Source: a virus. From it: 64,000 nucleotides of DNA. Made by a program: the position numbers and the translations under genes. Positions 9,696 through 21,526 of the stretch are shown here, one piece after another; position 1 is the first letter of the stretch; each line of letters starts with the position of its first letter. The notes below the pieces were generated by a model that worked only from the letters and a program-made list of their open reading frames with translations, searched no databases and was not told where the DNA came from. Where the stretch lies: positions 32,001 to 96,000 of the IMG/VR virus record IMGVR_UViG_3300025424_000296; one strand, 5' to 3'.

Positions 9696-10358
9696 TTAAT
9701 TGTATCTATTAGGATCTAGCCAGAGGTCGCCTATTAGACTCCCTTGATGATTAATCTTACGAGATTCTAACATATGAAGTAGTATATGTTCCGGTGTCGG
9801 GGCATGATCTATTAGAAAACTTAAATCTCGTTGATTACCATAATTATAAGCAGCATACATAACGTCGGGCGGTGCAACATTAATCCAATCACATATCCCG
9901 TTATCATCTAGTACATCACCTCTAATAGGTATAGGTCTCATAAAAGCGTAAGGTTCTATCCAATTTTTCATATGCTCGCCAAAATCAACATGCACATCTG
10001 TTCTCGAGTTTACAATTCGATCGTAACCTCCTGCCCCTAAGATTATTTCTATCGTTGACTTTATTTGATAATACATTTTATAAACATTTGGTACAGTTGC
10101 ATGTAAACCGTCAAAGTCTCTTCGAGTTATGTATCTTCGTATGTGATCTTCTGTGGGTTCGGCTAGTGCAATAACATTATCATAATATTTTAAATCTAAA
10201 TCGGATACATGATAATCTTTATGGTAAGTCCATGTAGCCAAGTATGAGTGTACTTCATGCCCTGTGTTAATTAACTGATCTAATAGAAATTTACTATTAT
10301 CTAGTACTGAACTGGGATTAGAACGTAGAGGACCTCTGAATATAACTGCTAGCTTCAA
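9696..10358 (-). CDS. Putative glycosyltransferase-like protein (paralogue of 26547..27296)
   Basis: MKLAVIFRGPLR...YDRIVNSRTDV...DW pattern shared with the 26547 ORF. Confidence 0.5.
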   Translation of the reverse strand: MKLAVIFRGPLRSNPSSVLDNSKFLLDQLINTGHEVHSYLATWTYHKDYHVSDLDLKYYDNVIALAEPTEDHIRRYITRRDFDGLHATVPNVYKMYYQIKSTIEIILGAGGYDRIVNSRTDVHVDFGEHMKNWIEPYAFMRPIPIRGDVLDDNGICDWINVAPPDVMYAAYNYGNQRDLSFLIDHAPTPEHILLHMLESRKINHQGSLIGDLWLDPNRYN

Positions 10359-10454
10359 TAAATTTCTCCAATTTTATGTATCATTTAGTATAAAATTATT
10401 GATTAATGGTGTCAAATTGCGATATATATTTGTAGTTAACCCAGGGGATTATTC

Positions 10455-11168
10455 ATGCAACTTACTCCAGAGCAAGTAAAAGTACTGCAAGCAGCTCGCT
10501 TACATTTTTGTATTCCGTGTTACGGCGGTCAAATAAACGAAGGCTGCTTTATTAGCATGTTAAAATATATGGCCACTGCTCAACGTCTCGGATTGAACTT
10601 TACCATTGACACTATGGTAAACGAAAGCCTGATTCCTAGAGGACGTAATAGTCTAGTAGCTAAGTTTCTACACTTCGAACCAAAGAGTACACACTTAATG
10701 TTTGTTGATGCTGATATCGGATTTGAGCCAGAAGAAATTTTCAAATTGATCTTAGCTGATAAGGATGTATGTGGCGGACTTTATCCTAAAAAAGCACTTC
10801 CAATTAGTTATGTAGTAAATAAAGTTCCAGACGCCAAGAAAGAAGGCAATATGGTTGAAGTACTTAATATAGGCACTGGTTTCATGCTTGTTAAACGTAG
10901 CGCAATTGAATCAATGATTGCTAAACATCCAGAACTACATTATCAGGATAACATTGGATTAGATCCAAAATATGCACCGTTTAAATACGCATTGTTTGAC
11001 ACTGAGATTGACCCAGAAACAAAAGAATATTTGAGTGAGGATTATTTGTTCTGTAAGCGTTGGAGAGCGATGGGCGGACATATTTGGGCAGATTTAACGA
11101 TAACACTAACACACATGGGCTATCATAGTTTCAGAGGCGATGCAACATTACTACAACCTCATTTGTAA
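10455..11168 (+). CDS. GT-A fold glycosyltransferase-like protein
   Basis: IPCYGG, ESLIPRGRN, HLMFVDAD (DxD), GTGFML, YLSEDYLFC. Confidence 0.75.
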   Translation: MQLTPEQVKVLQAARLHFCIPCYGGQINEGCFISMLKYMATAQRLGLNFTIDTMVNESLIPRGRNSLVAKFLHFEPKSTHLMFVDADIGFEPEEIFKLILADKDVCGGLYPKKALPISYVVNKVPDAKKEGNMVEVLNIGTGFMLVKRSAIESMIAKHPELHYQDNIGLDPKYAPFKYALFDTEIDPETKEYLSEDYLFCKRWRAMGGHIWADLTITLTHMGYHSFRGDATLLQPHL

Positions 11169-11547
11169 ACAAGTAAATAACCATGAGTTAATTGAGTATT
11201 CTATTCGATTAACTCATTCTCCTAGAATTACCGTTAAATATTTAAAAGAAGGAAAATATTCTGACTTCTTTCAAATGTTATCCGTGCATATAAGCAGTGA
11301 TGAACCTCGACAATTGCTATGGCATGTAGTAAATCAAAAATCAGAAGTTCAATTGTGTGCATGCGGTAAGCCACTAAAATGGGTTCGAAGTTTACAAAGA
11401 TACAGAACTACATGCTCACCTGCTTGTGCTGGGAAGAATAAGTCCGATCAATTTTCAAAAAAAGAAAAAATAAAAAAAGTTCCGTACTATAAAGACCCTG
11501 TTCGACTTGCTGCTGGTCAAAGCAAATGGGTTTTAACAATAAAATGA
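11140..11547 (+). pseudogene. Probable truncated homing-endonuclease N-terminal zinc-finger fragment
   Basis: CACGKPLKW...TTCSPACA motif; no nuclease domain and no convincing start. Confidence 0.4.
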
Positions 11548-11558
11548 GGGTTGCGACT

Positions 11559-11717
11559 ATGATTGAATGGTTTAAATCTACTAAACTAGGTCAATGGTTT
11601 ATGAAGCATAAATGGGCTAGACGCGGTGCGCTAGCCTTTTTGGCTTTTCAGCTGCTTAAAAGTACAGCTTGGACTGTGTTTTTTATCATGTTGTATTTAG
11701 GCTATATTAAACACTAA
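11559..11717 (+). CDS. Small membrane protein
   Basis: GAGG RBS; hydrophobic C-terminus. Confidence 0.55.
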   Translation: MIEWFKSTKLGQWFMKHKWARRGALAFLAFQLLKSTAWTVFFIMLYLGYIKH

Positions 11718-13697
<1,980 letters not shown>

Positions 13698-13775
13698 TTA
13701 CCAATATTTAGCTCGTAACATTACAAGTTTGTTAAGCCTGATACTTGACTAACAGATTAGATCCATAAATAAAAG

Positions 13776-14210
13776 ATGAGTACATATGTAGAATGGCCAA
13801 TACCATATGGCATAAATTTGATAACAGAACTAGCACCAGATAACTATTATCAAATAGCACGTAGCCAAACGGCTGTTTTCCCATTTAAAATGTCTGGCTA
13901 TTCTGCTGTAAGAGTAGATGCAGGGCATAGCAGCTTCTATGATAATCAACAAGGTACACTGTCAGTATGGGCAAGTGATCAAGTAAATGGAAGAAGTATT
14001 ACAGGTTATCCAAATTCTAATTTAACTAGAATACAGTTACAAGGATCTGGATCTAGTTGGTTGTTTCATAAATTGGGCGCAGATTTATCAGCCTTTCAAA
14101 ATGCCACAATAACACAATGGATCAATCCAATCCAAACATACTATATGTGTTTTCAAAATCTTGAAAATAAGGATAATGGATTATATGCTAAGTTTACTTA
14201 CATAATCTGA
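13776..14210 (+). CDS. Hypothetical late/structural protein
   Basis: TAAATA 4 nt before ATG; beta-rich sequence. Confidence 0.65.
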   Translation: MSTYVEWPIPYGINLITELAPDNYYQIARSQTAVFPFKMSGYSAVRVDAGHSSFYDNQQGTLSVWASDQVNGRSITGYPNSNLTRIQLQGSGSSWLFHKLGADLSAFQNATITQWINPIQTYYMCFQNLENKDNGLYAKFTYII

Positions 14211-14227
14211 GAACTTATAATGCTCAT

Positions 14228-15037
14228 ATGAGCAATGATCATTTCCTACATTCAATTACAGTGTTAGATACAGAAACTACCAACTTGATACCTGAACTAG
14301 CAGAAGTAGTTGAAATTGCTGCGGCAAGATGGACCAAAACTGGTTGGAATATAGATTCTCTACTATTAGGCGCAGTGAATGGTATTCCGCCAGAAGCCAG
14401 CGCCAAAAATAATATTAGTAATAAAATGATTGACGGATTGCCAACATTTGCAGATTCAGCTGATAGTATCATCAAATTATTAAATTGGACAACCAGTAAC
14501 TATTATGTGGCACACAATGCCAAATACGATCGTGCTGTATTATCACATGCATGGAAAGGTACAACACATCAAAAAGCTGCAAAAGAGTGTGATGATCAAT
14601 CCAAATGGTTATGCACATGGAGACTTAGTCAGCACATACTACGACACGAGTTTACAGATTGTGAATATGGATTAAATTATTTAAGATATAAACTAGATTT
14701 AACTGTTAAAGATGATATTCAAACACATAGAGCTGGTGATGATACACTACTTTGTGCTACACTATTAGATTACCTAATAGCTGCTGCTATTAAAAATCGA
14801 CAAATTGATCCAGAGGATGATGTATTACGTCAATTAAATGAATTATGCTGGAGACCAATTATTCAAACCACTTGGCCGTTTGGTAAATATCGCGGTAAGC
14901 TGTTAACAGATTTACCAAATGACTATTATGCCTGGGCATTTGCTAACATACCGTCATTGAACGAATCGTCGACAGATTTTAATAGTGATTTAGCAGAAAG
15001 TGTTAGATTAGTGTTGGAAGAAAGATTATCTGATTGA
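14228..15037 (+). CDS. DEDDh 3'-5' exonuclease, exonuclease X-like
   Basis: VLDTETT, VAHNAKYD, HRAGDD; C-terminal WPFGKYRG. Confidence 0.85.
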   Translation: MSNDHFLHSITVLDTETTNLIPELAEVVEIAAARWTKTGWNIDSLLLGAVNGIPPEASAKNNISNKMIDGLPTFADSADSIIKLLNWTTSNYYVAHNAKYDRAVLSHAWKGTTHQKAAKECDDQSKWLCTWRLSQHILRHEFTDCEYGLNYLRYKLDLTVKDDIQTHRAGDDTLLCATLLDYLIAAAIKNRQIDPEDDVLRQLNELCWRPIIQTTWPFGKYRGKLLTDLPNDYYAWAFANIPSLNESSTDFNSDLAESVRLVLEERLSD

Positions 15038-15062
15038 TACTATAACTATATTGGGTGTTATT

Positions 15063-15245
15063 ATGACAGAACCTGCTGAAAAAATTCGAGAAGAACATGA
15101 TAAACAATTTCTATTAGACATGGCCGAAATTGTTTGGTTGCAGGTAAAAGGATATCCTATACCCAATTGTTATTCAGAAGAAGATAGATTAGATATATTT
15201 GCTAGATACTATCACCGGGCTGTTTCTCAGTCACAGGGAGAGTGA
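15063..15245 (+). CDS. Hypothetical protein
   Basis: Short ORF following the exonuclease. Confidence 0.55.
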   Translation: MTEPAEKIREEHDKQFLLDMAEIVWLQVKGYPIPNCYSEEDRLDIFARYYHRAVSQSQGE

Positions 15246-15291
15246 TAGCAAGCTTTAACTAAATATGTGCATCATATCTTGGAGATATCTG

Positions 15292-18200
15292 ATGCGCAAT
15301 TATGTTAGTAAAAATACTACATCTAACTCAAACACATATGTAGGATCACACGGCGAGTTAACAGTAGATCCGGTTACATTATCACTTAGAGTACACGATG
15401 GGTCAAGTCCGGGCGGTTTTCCAATAAGCGGTGGTAGCGGATTAGGAAACCTAACTGTAGCTGATCAGACCGTATCCCCATCAAACGACCACGATATTGT
15501 GCTAGGTGGTGGTAGTTTTGGGCACGGTTCCGTAACCATGCAAAATCAAGCTGCTGGTGGTAATGTTGTAATTTCAACAACAACACAAGATTGGATCAGT
15601 TCCTACGGTGTTTTACCAGTCAATTCTACAGCAGACATATTTGGAACCAGTGTGGCATTAGATGCAGATGTCAACATATATACCATAGGGTCAGATACCA
15701 GTGGTGCTAAGCATGGATACATATTAAAATATCAACCAGATGGCACTCAAGCGTGGCAAAAACAAGTCAATCTGTCTAATAGCGCAGGCGAAAGTCTTGC
15801 AGTAGATTCGGGTGGTAACGTTTGGGCACTATTTACTAACTATTCAGATGCCAGCTTCAATGTTTATAAATTAGATCCAACTGGAACTGTAGTAAGCCAA
15901 TGGGCTGTAGCAAGTTCCCCACAAACCAGCTATGGTTATGACCTAACACTGGATTCTGCTGACAATGTTATTGTTACTGGTAGAACGTATACCGTTAATA
16001 ATACATTTGCCAATATCACATCTGCAGCACCGAGTGGTGTGCTGGGTACTATATTAATAAATCCATCAGTTTTTGGTACTGAGATACCTGCAAATGACGG
16101 GTCGTGGACCATGACAGGTACTGGTATCAGTGGCACAGCTAGTGTAACAGCAGTTGTAGTAAGCTCTAACATTTCAGTAACCATTGACCAACGTGTTAAT
16201 TTTAGTACCGTCGGGGGTTCGTGGACATTAACTCACTATCGTAACGGTGATGTTGTTATCATAAAGTTAGATACACATGCTAATCAAATTGCATGGCAGT
16301 GGGCATTTGGTAATAATTATGCCGACTACGGATATGGTATCACAGTTGATTCTGGTGATAATGTTATTGTTACAGGTAACATAGCAGATCCAACATTACC
16401 ATATTATAATCGTACCCTTGCAGCAATTAAGTTGAATACTAACGGAAACATATTATGGAAAAAGGTGTTTACTCAGGTTGATTCTGGTACACCGGGATAC
16501 GCAACAGGATACGGCGTAACTGTTGACAACTCGGATAACATTTACATATTAGGTGAAACAAATCCGCTCAATGAAAATGATCAAGTTCTAATATTAAAAC
16601 TGGATTCTAATGGTAGTATAGTTTGGTCAAAGACACTTTATGCTGCTGGAACATTCGCGTACGGTACTGGTATAGGATACAGCCAATATGATGGCAGATT
16701 GTATATAACCGGAGTGGATCAAGGAACACAAATTTATGTCGGCGTTGGGTGTTTAGATACAGACGGTAATGCAATCTGGGAAAGAATTTTATCCTATAAT
16801 CCGGATAATGTAACAGAAAAATACTATACAAACGGTCATAAAGCTATTGCTGTCGACCGTGACCACTTGGTGGTAACAGGTTATTATTACGGAACAGATG
16901 CTAATCAATTTACAATTAAATTACCTGTAGACGGTAGTGGCATAGGTACATACGGTGATTGGTCATATGTGCCAGGATTTTTTGCCATAGTGGATAATTT
17001 TGCTAATATAACCGGAACTGATTTAACAACAAATCCGGTAGCAACCGGATTAACAGTTAGTATTCCCACAAACTCTACTGTTGATTTATCATACAGTGAT
17101 CAACTAATACAGTTACCTGATCCAACAAATGGGTTTGTTGCTCCTAGTATCATATCTAATATTGTTCAAACAAATGAAATCAAAGGTAATACTGATTTAA
17201 TTTTAACAACACCAAGCAATGTTTTAATTACAACAGGTCGAGAAACATTTATAATTGGTGTAAATGGTAGCTTGACATTGCCAGCAGGTGGTGATATCAA
17301 AGACAGCAATAATAACAGTGTATTATTCAAAGCTAATCAAAGTGTTAACACAAACAGTTCAGTAATATTTTCTAATGTTATAGTATCTAGCAATTTAACA
17401 GTTCAAGGAACAACCACAACTGTTAATCAAAGTGTGTTGAATATTGCGGATAACAAAATAACATTGAATAGTGGACAAACAGGTACTCCCACACAAAATG
17501 GTACTTTTGAAGTAGATCGTGGATCTAGCCCAAATACCAGCATACGTTGGAATGAGTCTACTGGAAAGTGGGAACAGACTCGTGACGGTAACACATATGT
17601 TGTATTACCTATTAACACATCAGAACTTGCAGAAGGTACAAACCTATACTTTACCAGTGCAAGAGCAAGAAGTGCGATTAGTGTTACAGGTAGCGGTAGC
17701 TACAATAGTTCAACTGGTGTTATTACAATATCTGGAGGAGTTACCAGTGTTAATACACAAACCGGTGCAGTTACACTAACCACAACTAACATAAACGAAG
17801 GCACTAATTTATATTTCAGTAACGCAAGAGTAAGAAGTGCATTGGTAGCAGGCACCGGAATTAATTACAATAGCGGTACTGGCAGTATTAGTGTAATCAA
17901 CGGTGTTTATACAACGGACACAGGCACGGTTACAAATACCATGTTAGCTGGTAATATTGCTGTTTCTAAGATAACTGGACTAGCTGTATCAGCAACAACA
18001 GATACTACAAATGCTAGCAACATTACAAGCGGTACATTACCTAATGCAAGATTAAGTAGTATTCCTAATTCAGCTTTAGCTAACGTTGCAGTAACAATTG
18101 GTACAACTTCAGTTAACCTAGGCTCTGCTTCAACAACATTAACTGGTTTAACCACAGTTAACATAGGATCAGCAGTTGCTAACTTGTATAATACTGCACC

Positions 18201-20022
18201 ATTAAATATTGTAGGTAACAGTGCCGGCAATACCATAATTGGAGTCAATCTTATCAACACTGCGGGCGGTGCTGGTAGTGGTTCTGGTATAGACTTCTAC
18301 ACTTATACTGGATCCTCGAGTCCTCCAGAAGCAAGAATATTTGCTTACGACAACGGTGACTATTCGGCAAGTATTCAGTTTGCTAACAAGATACCTGGTG
18401 CCAATACCAATGTTCTACAAACAAATATGACCTTGACTACCAGCGGTAACTTGAACGTTGTTGGTTCTGTTAGTGCTCCAAGTTTTGTAATTAACGGTCA
18501 GCCAACAAGTTTTGGTTTAGTAAACAGTTCTTACTTGTTTGCACAAAATAACGCTGATCAAACAGTAGGGCAAAATGTTGCAGTTAACTTCCAAGTTACA
18601 AATGCAAGTAACGGCAGTCTTATAAACAAGATAAGCAATACACAAGTAACACTAACAGCAGGTAATACTTATAAACTAGAAGCTGTTGTGAGAAGAATGC
18701 AATCAAGTTCAACTTGGGGTGCATTCAGATGGTATGATGTAACCAATTCTACTTATGTTGGCTTAGAAGGATTTAGTGAAGTAGCAAATTCAAGCGGTGC
18801 TATTGGTTCAACTGATGTAGCTACATACTATGTAACTCCTAGTGTTAATACCACATATGAACTAAGACAAACCACAGTTAATTCTGTTATTGCAAATGGT
18901 AATTATGTTTCAATGGAAATTACGCAAATCAATCCTGCAATAGCAGTTCAAGCAACTGCTACTGGCACATTGAATGCTAACTATGCCAAATATACAAGAA
19001 CGACATCACAAAGTGTATCCGCTAATACGGTAGTTGTTTGTAACGTGGTAGAAAACGTATCAGGCAGCGATATATCAGTTAATACTTCAACTGGACAGGT
19101 AACATTAGTTGCAGGCAAAACTTATAGACTTCGAGGAACAGTAGGAACCATGGCAGGTAGCACAGTATCATCATTGCTGGGTTACTGCTGGTATAATGAA
19201 ACTACCAGTTCTTGGATCGGTGAAGGTTCTGGGTGGGTAAGTCCAGGTAGCACCAACTGGAACTCGGCTGCTGGGGGCACTGCTGAAGCAATATTTACTG
19301 CTGCATCAACCACAGTAGTATCATTTAGAATAATATCTGCAAATAATGTATCTAGTATAGGCGGAACGGCTGCAGACTGGGGATCACCATATGGTTATCC
19401 TTGGATTGACATAGAAGAGATTGGAACAGCTTTCAGCCTAAACACAATTAATACATTAACCACTACATCCAGTGTAAGTGTTGGTGGTAATTTATCTGTT
19501 GCAGGTAATATAACTGGCACATTAAATGTTACTGCTCCAACTTTCCATGGTGTTACACCGTCGTGGTCACTGGGAGATTCAGCTTCAGCTGCTTGGTTCT
19601 TGTTAGGAACATGGAATACAACAAATGCTGGTACCTCATTATATATGAGATTGATAGCACACTGCGGGTACAATGCTGTAGCACTTCAAAATCAAGTAAC
19701 CGAATTGATGTTTGTTACTAGTAATGCAAGTTCATACATTGCAGGTTCTAGTGGTAACTTCTATGCCAACGGATTAGCTAGTGCAAACAGTCGTTTGGGC
19801 ACAGGTGGAACAAGTCCTAGCTATCAAGCACCAAATTATTTTAGAATTGTTCAAGTATCTCTAACTCAGTATCAAATATATGCTTATTTTGGTTCGGCGT
19901 ATATGAGAAATAGTAACTACAGTATTCAAATCAGCTCAGGTGATACTTGGGTAGATGGCGGCGGCGGTGTAGTATCAGCACCTAGCGGCAACTATATAAC
20001 TATTACTCCAACATCATTCTAA
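15292..20022 (+). CDS. Large tail fibre/spike-like protein
   Basis: N-terminal GELTVD...LRVHDG motif, beta-propeller repeats (VDSGDNVIVTG), twin EGTNLYF repeats; TAAATA at 15260 and GGAG RBS. Confidence 0.8.
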   Translation: MRNYVSKNTTSNSNTYVGSHGELTVDPVTLSLRVHDGSSPGGFPISGGSGLGNLTVADQTVSPSNDHDIVLGGGSFGHGSVTMQNQAAGGNVVISTTTQDWISSYGVLPVNSTADIFGTSVALDADVNIYTIGSDTSGAKHGYILKYQPDGTQAWQKQVNLSNSAGESLAVDSGGNVWALFTNYSDASFNVYKLDPTGTVVSQWAVASSPQTSYGYDLTLDSADNVIVTGRTYTVNNTFANITSAAPSGVLGTILINPSVFGTEIPANDGSWTMTGTGISGTASVTAVVVSSNISVTIDQRVNFSTVGGSWTLTHYRNGDVVIIKLDTHANQIAWQWAFGNNYADYGYGITVDSGDNVIVTGNIADPTLPYYNRTLAAIKLNTNGNILWKKVFTQVDSGTPGYATGYGVTVDNSDNIYILGETNPLNENDQVLILKLDSNGSIVWSKTLYAAGTFAYGTGIGYSQYDGRLYITGVDQGTQIYVGVGCLDTDGNAIWERILSYNPDNVTEKYYTNGHKAIAVDRDHLVVTGYYYGTDANQFTIKLPVDGSGIGTYGDWSYVPGFFAIVDNFANITGTDLTTNPVATGLTVSIPTNSTVDLSYSDQLIQLPDPTNGFVAPSIISNIVQTNEIKGNTDLILTTPSNVLITTGRETFIIGVNGSLTLPAGGDIKDSNNNSVLFKANQSVNTNSSVIFSNVIVSSNLTVQGTTTTVNQSVLNIADNKITLNSGQTGTPTQNGTFEVDRGSSPNTSIRWNESTGKWEQTRDGNTYVVLPINTSELAEGTNLYFTSARARSAISVTGSGSYNSSTGVITISGGVTSVNTQTGAVTLTTTNINEGTNLYFSNARVRSALVAGTGINYNSGTGSISVINGVYTTDTGTVTNTMLAGNIAVSKITGLAVSATTDTTNASNITSGTLPNARLSSIPNSALANVAVTIGTTSVNLGSASTTLTGLTTVNIGSAVANLYNTAPLNIVGNSAGNTIIGVNLINTAGGAGSGSGIDFYTYTGSSSPPEARIFAYDNGDYSASIQFANKIPGANTNVLQTNMTLTTSGNLNVVGSVSAPSFVINGQPTSFGLVNSSYLFAQNNADQTVGQNVAVNFQVTNASNGSLINKISNTQVTLTAGNTYKLEAVVRRMQSSSTWGAFRWYDVTNSTYVGLEGFSEVANSSGAIGSTDVATYYVTPSVNTTYELRQTTVNSVIANGNYVSMEITQINPAIAVQATATGTLNANYAKYTRTTSQSVSANTVVVCNVVENVSGSDISVNTSTGQVTLVAGKTYRLRGTVGTMAGSTVSSLLGYCWYNETTSSWIGEGSGWVSPGSTNWNSAAGGTAEAIFTAASTTVVSFRIISANNVSSIGGTAADWGSPYGYPWIDIEEIGTAFSLNTINTLTTTSSVSVGGNLSVAGNITGTLNVTAPTFHGVTPSWSLGDSASAAWFLLGTWNTTNAGTSLYMRLIAHCGYNAVALQNQVTELMFVTSNASSYIAGSSGNFYANGLASANSRLGTGGTSPSYQAPNYFRIVQVSLTQYQIYAYFGSAYMRNSNYSIQISSGDTWVDGGGGVVSAPSGNYITITPTSF

Positions 20023-20221
20023 TATATTAAATTTTAATATAAGGATTTCAATGATATACAACATTGGTTAGTTAATAATAATCAATGTTGTATAAATATA
20101 TCGTAAGCCATTAATAAATTTAAAAATCAAGTGAACTATGATTAGTGTTCAAAACGTAGCAGTGATCCGGGATCACAGCAGTTTAAACATTAATTTAAGA
20201 TTCACCGGTTAAAAACCAAAG

Positions 20222-20256
20222 AACTCTAGGGTTACAGAATAGTCCTAGAGTTTTTT
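20222..20256 (+). terminator. Rho-independent terminator
   Basis: AACTCTAGGGTTA-cagaa-TAGTCCTAGAGTT followed by a T run. Confidence 0.75.
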
Positions 20257-20700
20257 GTTAGGTAATTGATATTAGGCTGGTTTCTTAAAATAATGAGTAT
20301 AGCTACAAACAGCAACTAGTTCCCAACCCTGTGCACCAAAACTATTAAGTGTATCTAAATCTGGATTGCCACTATAAATCATATATTGCCACATGGTAAT
20401 TCCTCCATTTTTGATATTTAGTTTATTTTGGTTAACTTTTTGGTTAAAATACCATATTATTGTGGTTAATTTTCATTGACATGATTAAATAAACATGATA
20501 AACTATGCAGATAACCACAAGGTTATGTTGAGATAGGGGAGTCTCATCACTCCGAAAAGATTAGTTATGAGTTCCGTGTGAGACACACAAGGCAGTGAAT
20601 TCTTGTGTACGTGAAAATAACAAGATCTTCTCAGCATTACCATGTGGTTGACACTTCTAATAAAGATGCTAATATAATCTATAGCAAAGGAAGTGATGTT

Positions 20701-20829
20701 ATGAATCAAAATGAATTAAAATCAGTGCCCACATGGGCAGTTATACTTGTAGCAGTTGGTATGATTGCTGCTAGTGTTGTATATGCTTATACAACTGATC
20801 CAACCACAATCGCCGATGTAATCAAATAA
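20701..20829 (+). CDS. Small membrane protein
   Basis: AGGAAG RBS; single TM. Confidence 0.5.
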   Translation: MNQNELKSVPTWAVILVAVGMIAASVVYAYTTDPTTIADVIK

Positions 20830-20833
20830 TGAC

Positions 20834-20909
20834 GGTTGTGTAACTTGGCAGGCGGGATGACGTTCTCATATGTCCTCAAGTCGTAGGTTCCAGTTCTGAC
20901 ACCAAAACT
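20834..20909 (+). pseudogene. Degenerate tRNA remnant, CAT anticodon-like
   Basis: Residual ctcata loop and gtcgtaggttccagttctg T-arm; stems broken. Confidence 0.35.
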
Positions 20910-20953
20910 ATTTTAATACTTGACATAAAAATTACTGTAGAGTAACATAAAGT

Positions 20954-21145
20954 ATGAGCATACATGAAAAAATAATTATGATACTTGTGATATTGGTTAT
21001 GCTTGTAATCAGTATACATTCTGATCAATCACACAATAATAAAGATATCGAAGCTTGTAAACAAGCGGGTAGTGTTGTAGTTATTAAAGATATCACCGGC
21101 AAAACTGTTTGTTTACACCCTGGTGCAGCCATTAACACCAATTAA
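20954..21145 (+). CDS. Hypothetical secreted/membrane protein
   Basis: TTGACA-17-TAACAT 5 nt before ATG; hydrophobic N-terminus. Confidence 0.6.
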   Translation: MSIHEKIIMILVILVMLVISIHSDQSHNNKDIEACKQAGSVVVIKDITGKTVCLHPGAAINTN

Positions 21146-21152
21146 CAGGAGC

Positions 21153-21356
21153 ATGGACATGTCCAAAGATATTAATTTCAAAGACTATGAACTAACTCAG
21201 ATGGGAATAGATGAAATACTAGATAAGGCTGCTCGTCTACAGGTATTTCTCAGTGAAAATTATAATAACATCACACTTCAAATGTGTATCGATCATGTGA
21301 TCCGTGCATATGCATCATATAATCCAGCCGAAGAAACTGTGGGTAAATACGCCTAA
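21153..21356 (+). CDS. Hypothetical protein
   Basis: AGGAG RBS. Confidence 0.55.
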   Translation: MDMSKDINFKDYELTQMGIDEILDKAARLQVFLSENYNNITLQMCIDHVIRAYASYNPAEETVGKYA

Positions 21357-21526
21357 TACAGTCCGGGCTAATCCTCTACTAGGCCAATGCAAATTTGAGC
21401 TTAGATATGATGTTAAATCTGGGATTTACCAGTGAACTTAGAGGACGCTCTAAGGTACGGATATCCAGGGGTGACAAGCCCCATTAAAATCATTTCTAAC
21501 TAGGCAATATGACTTATAAGTAACAT

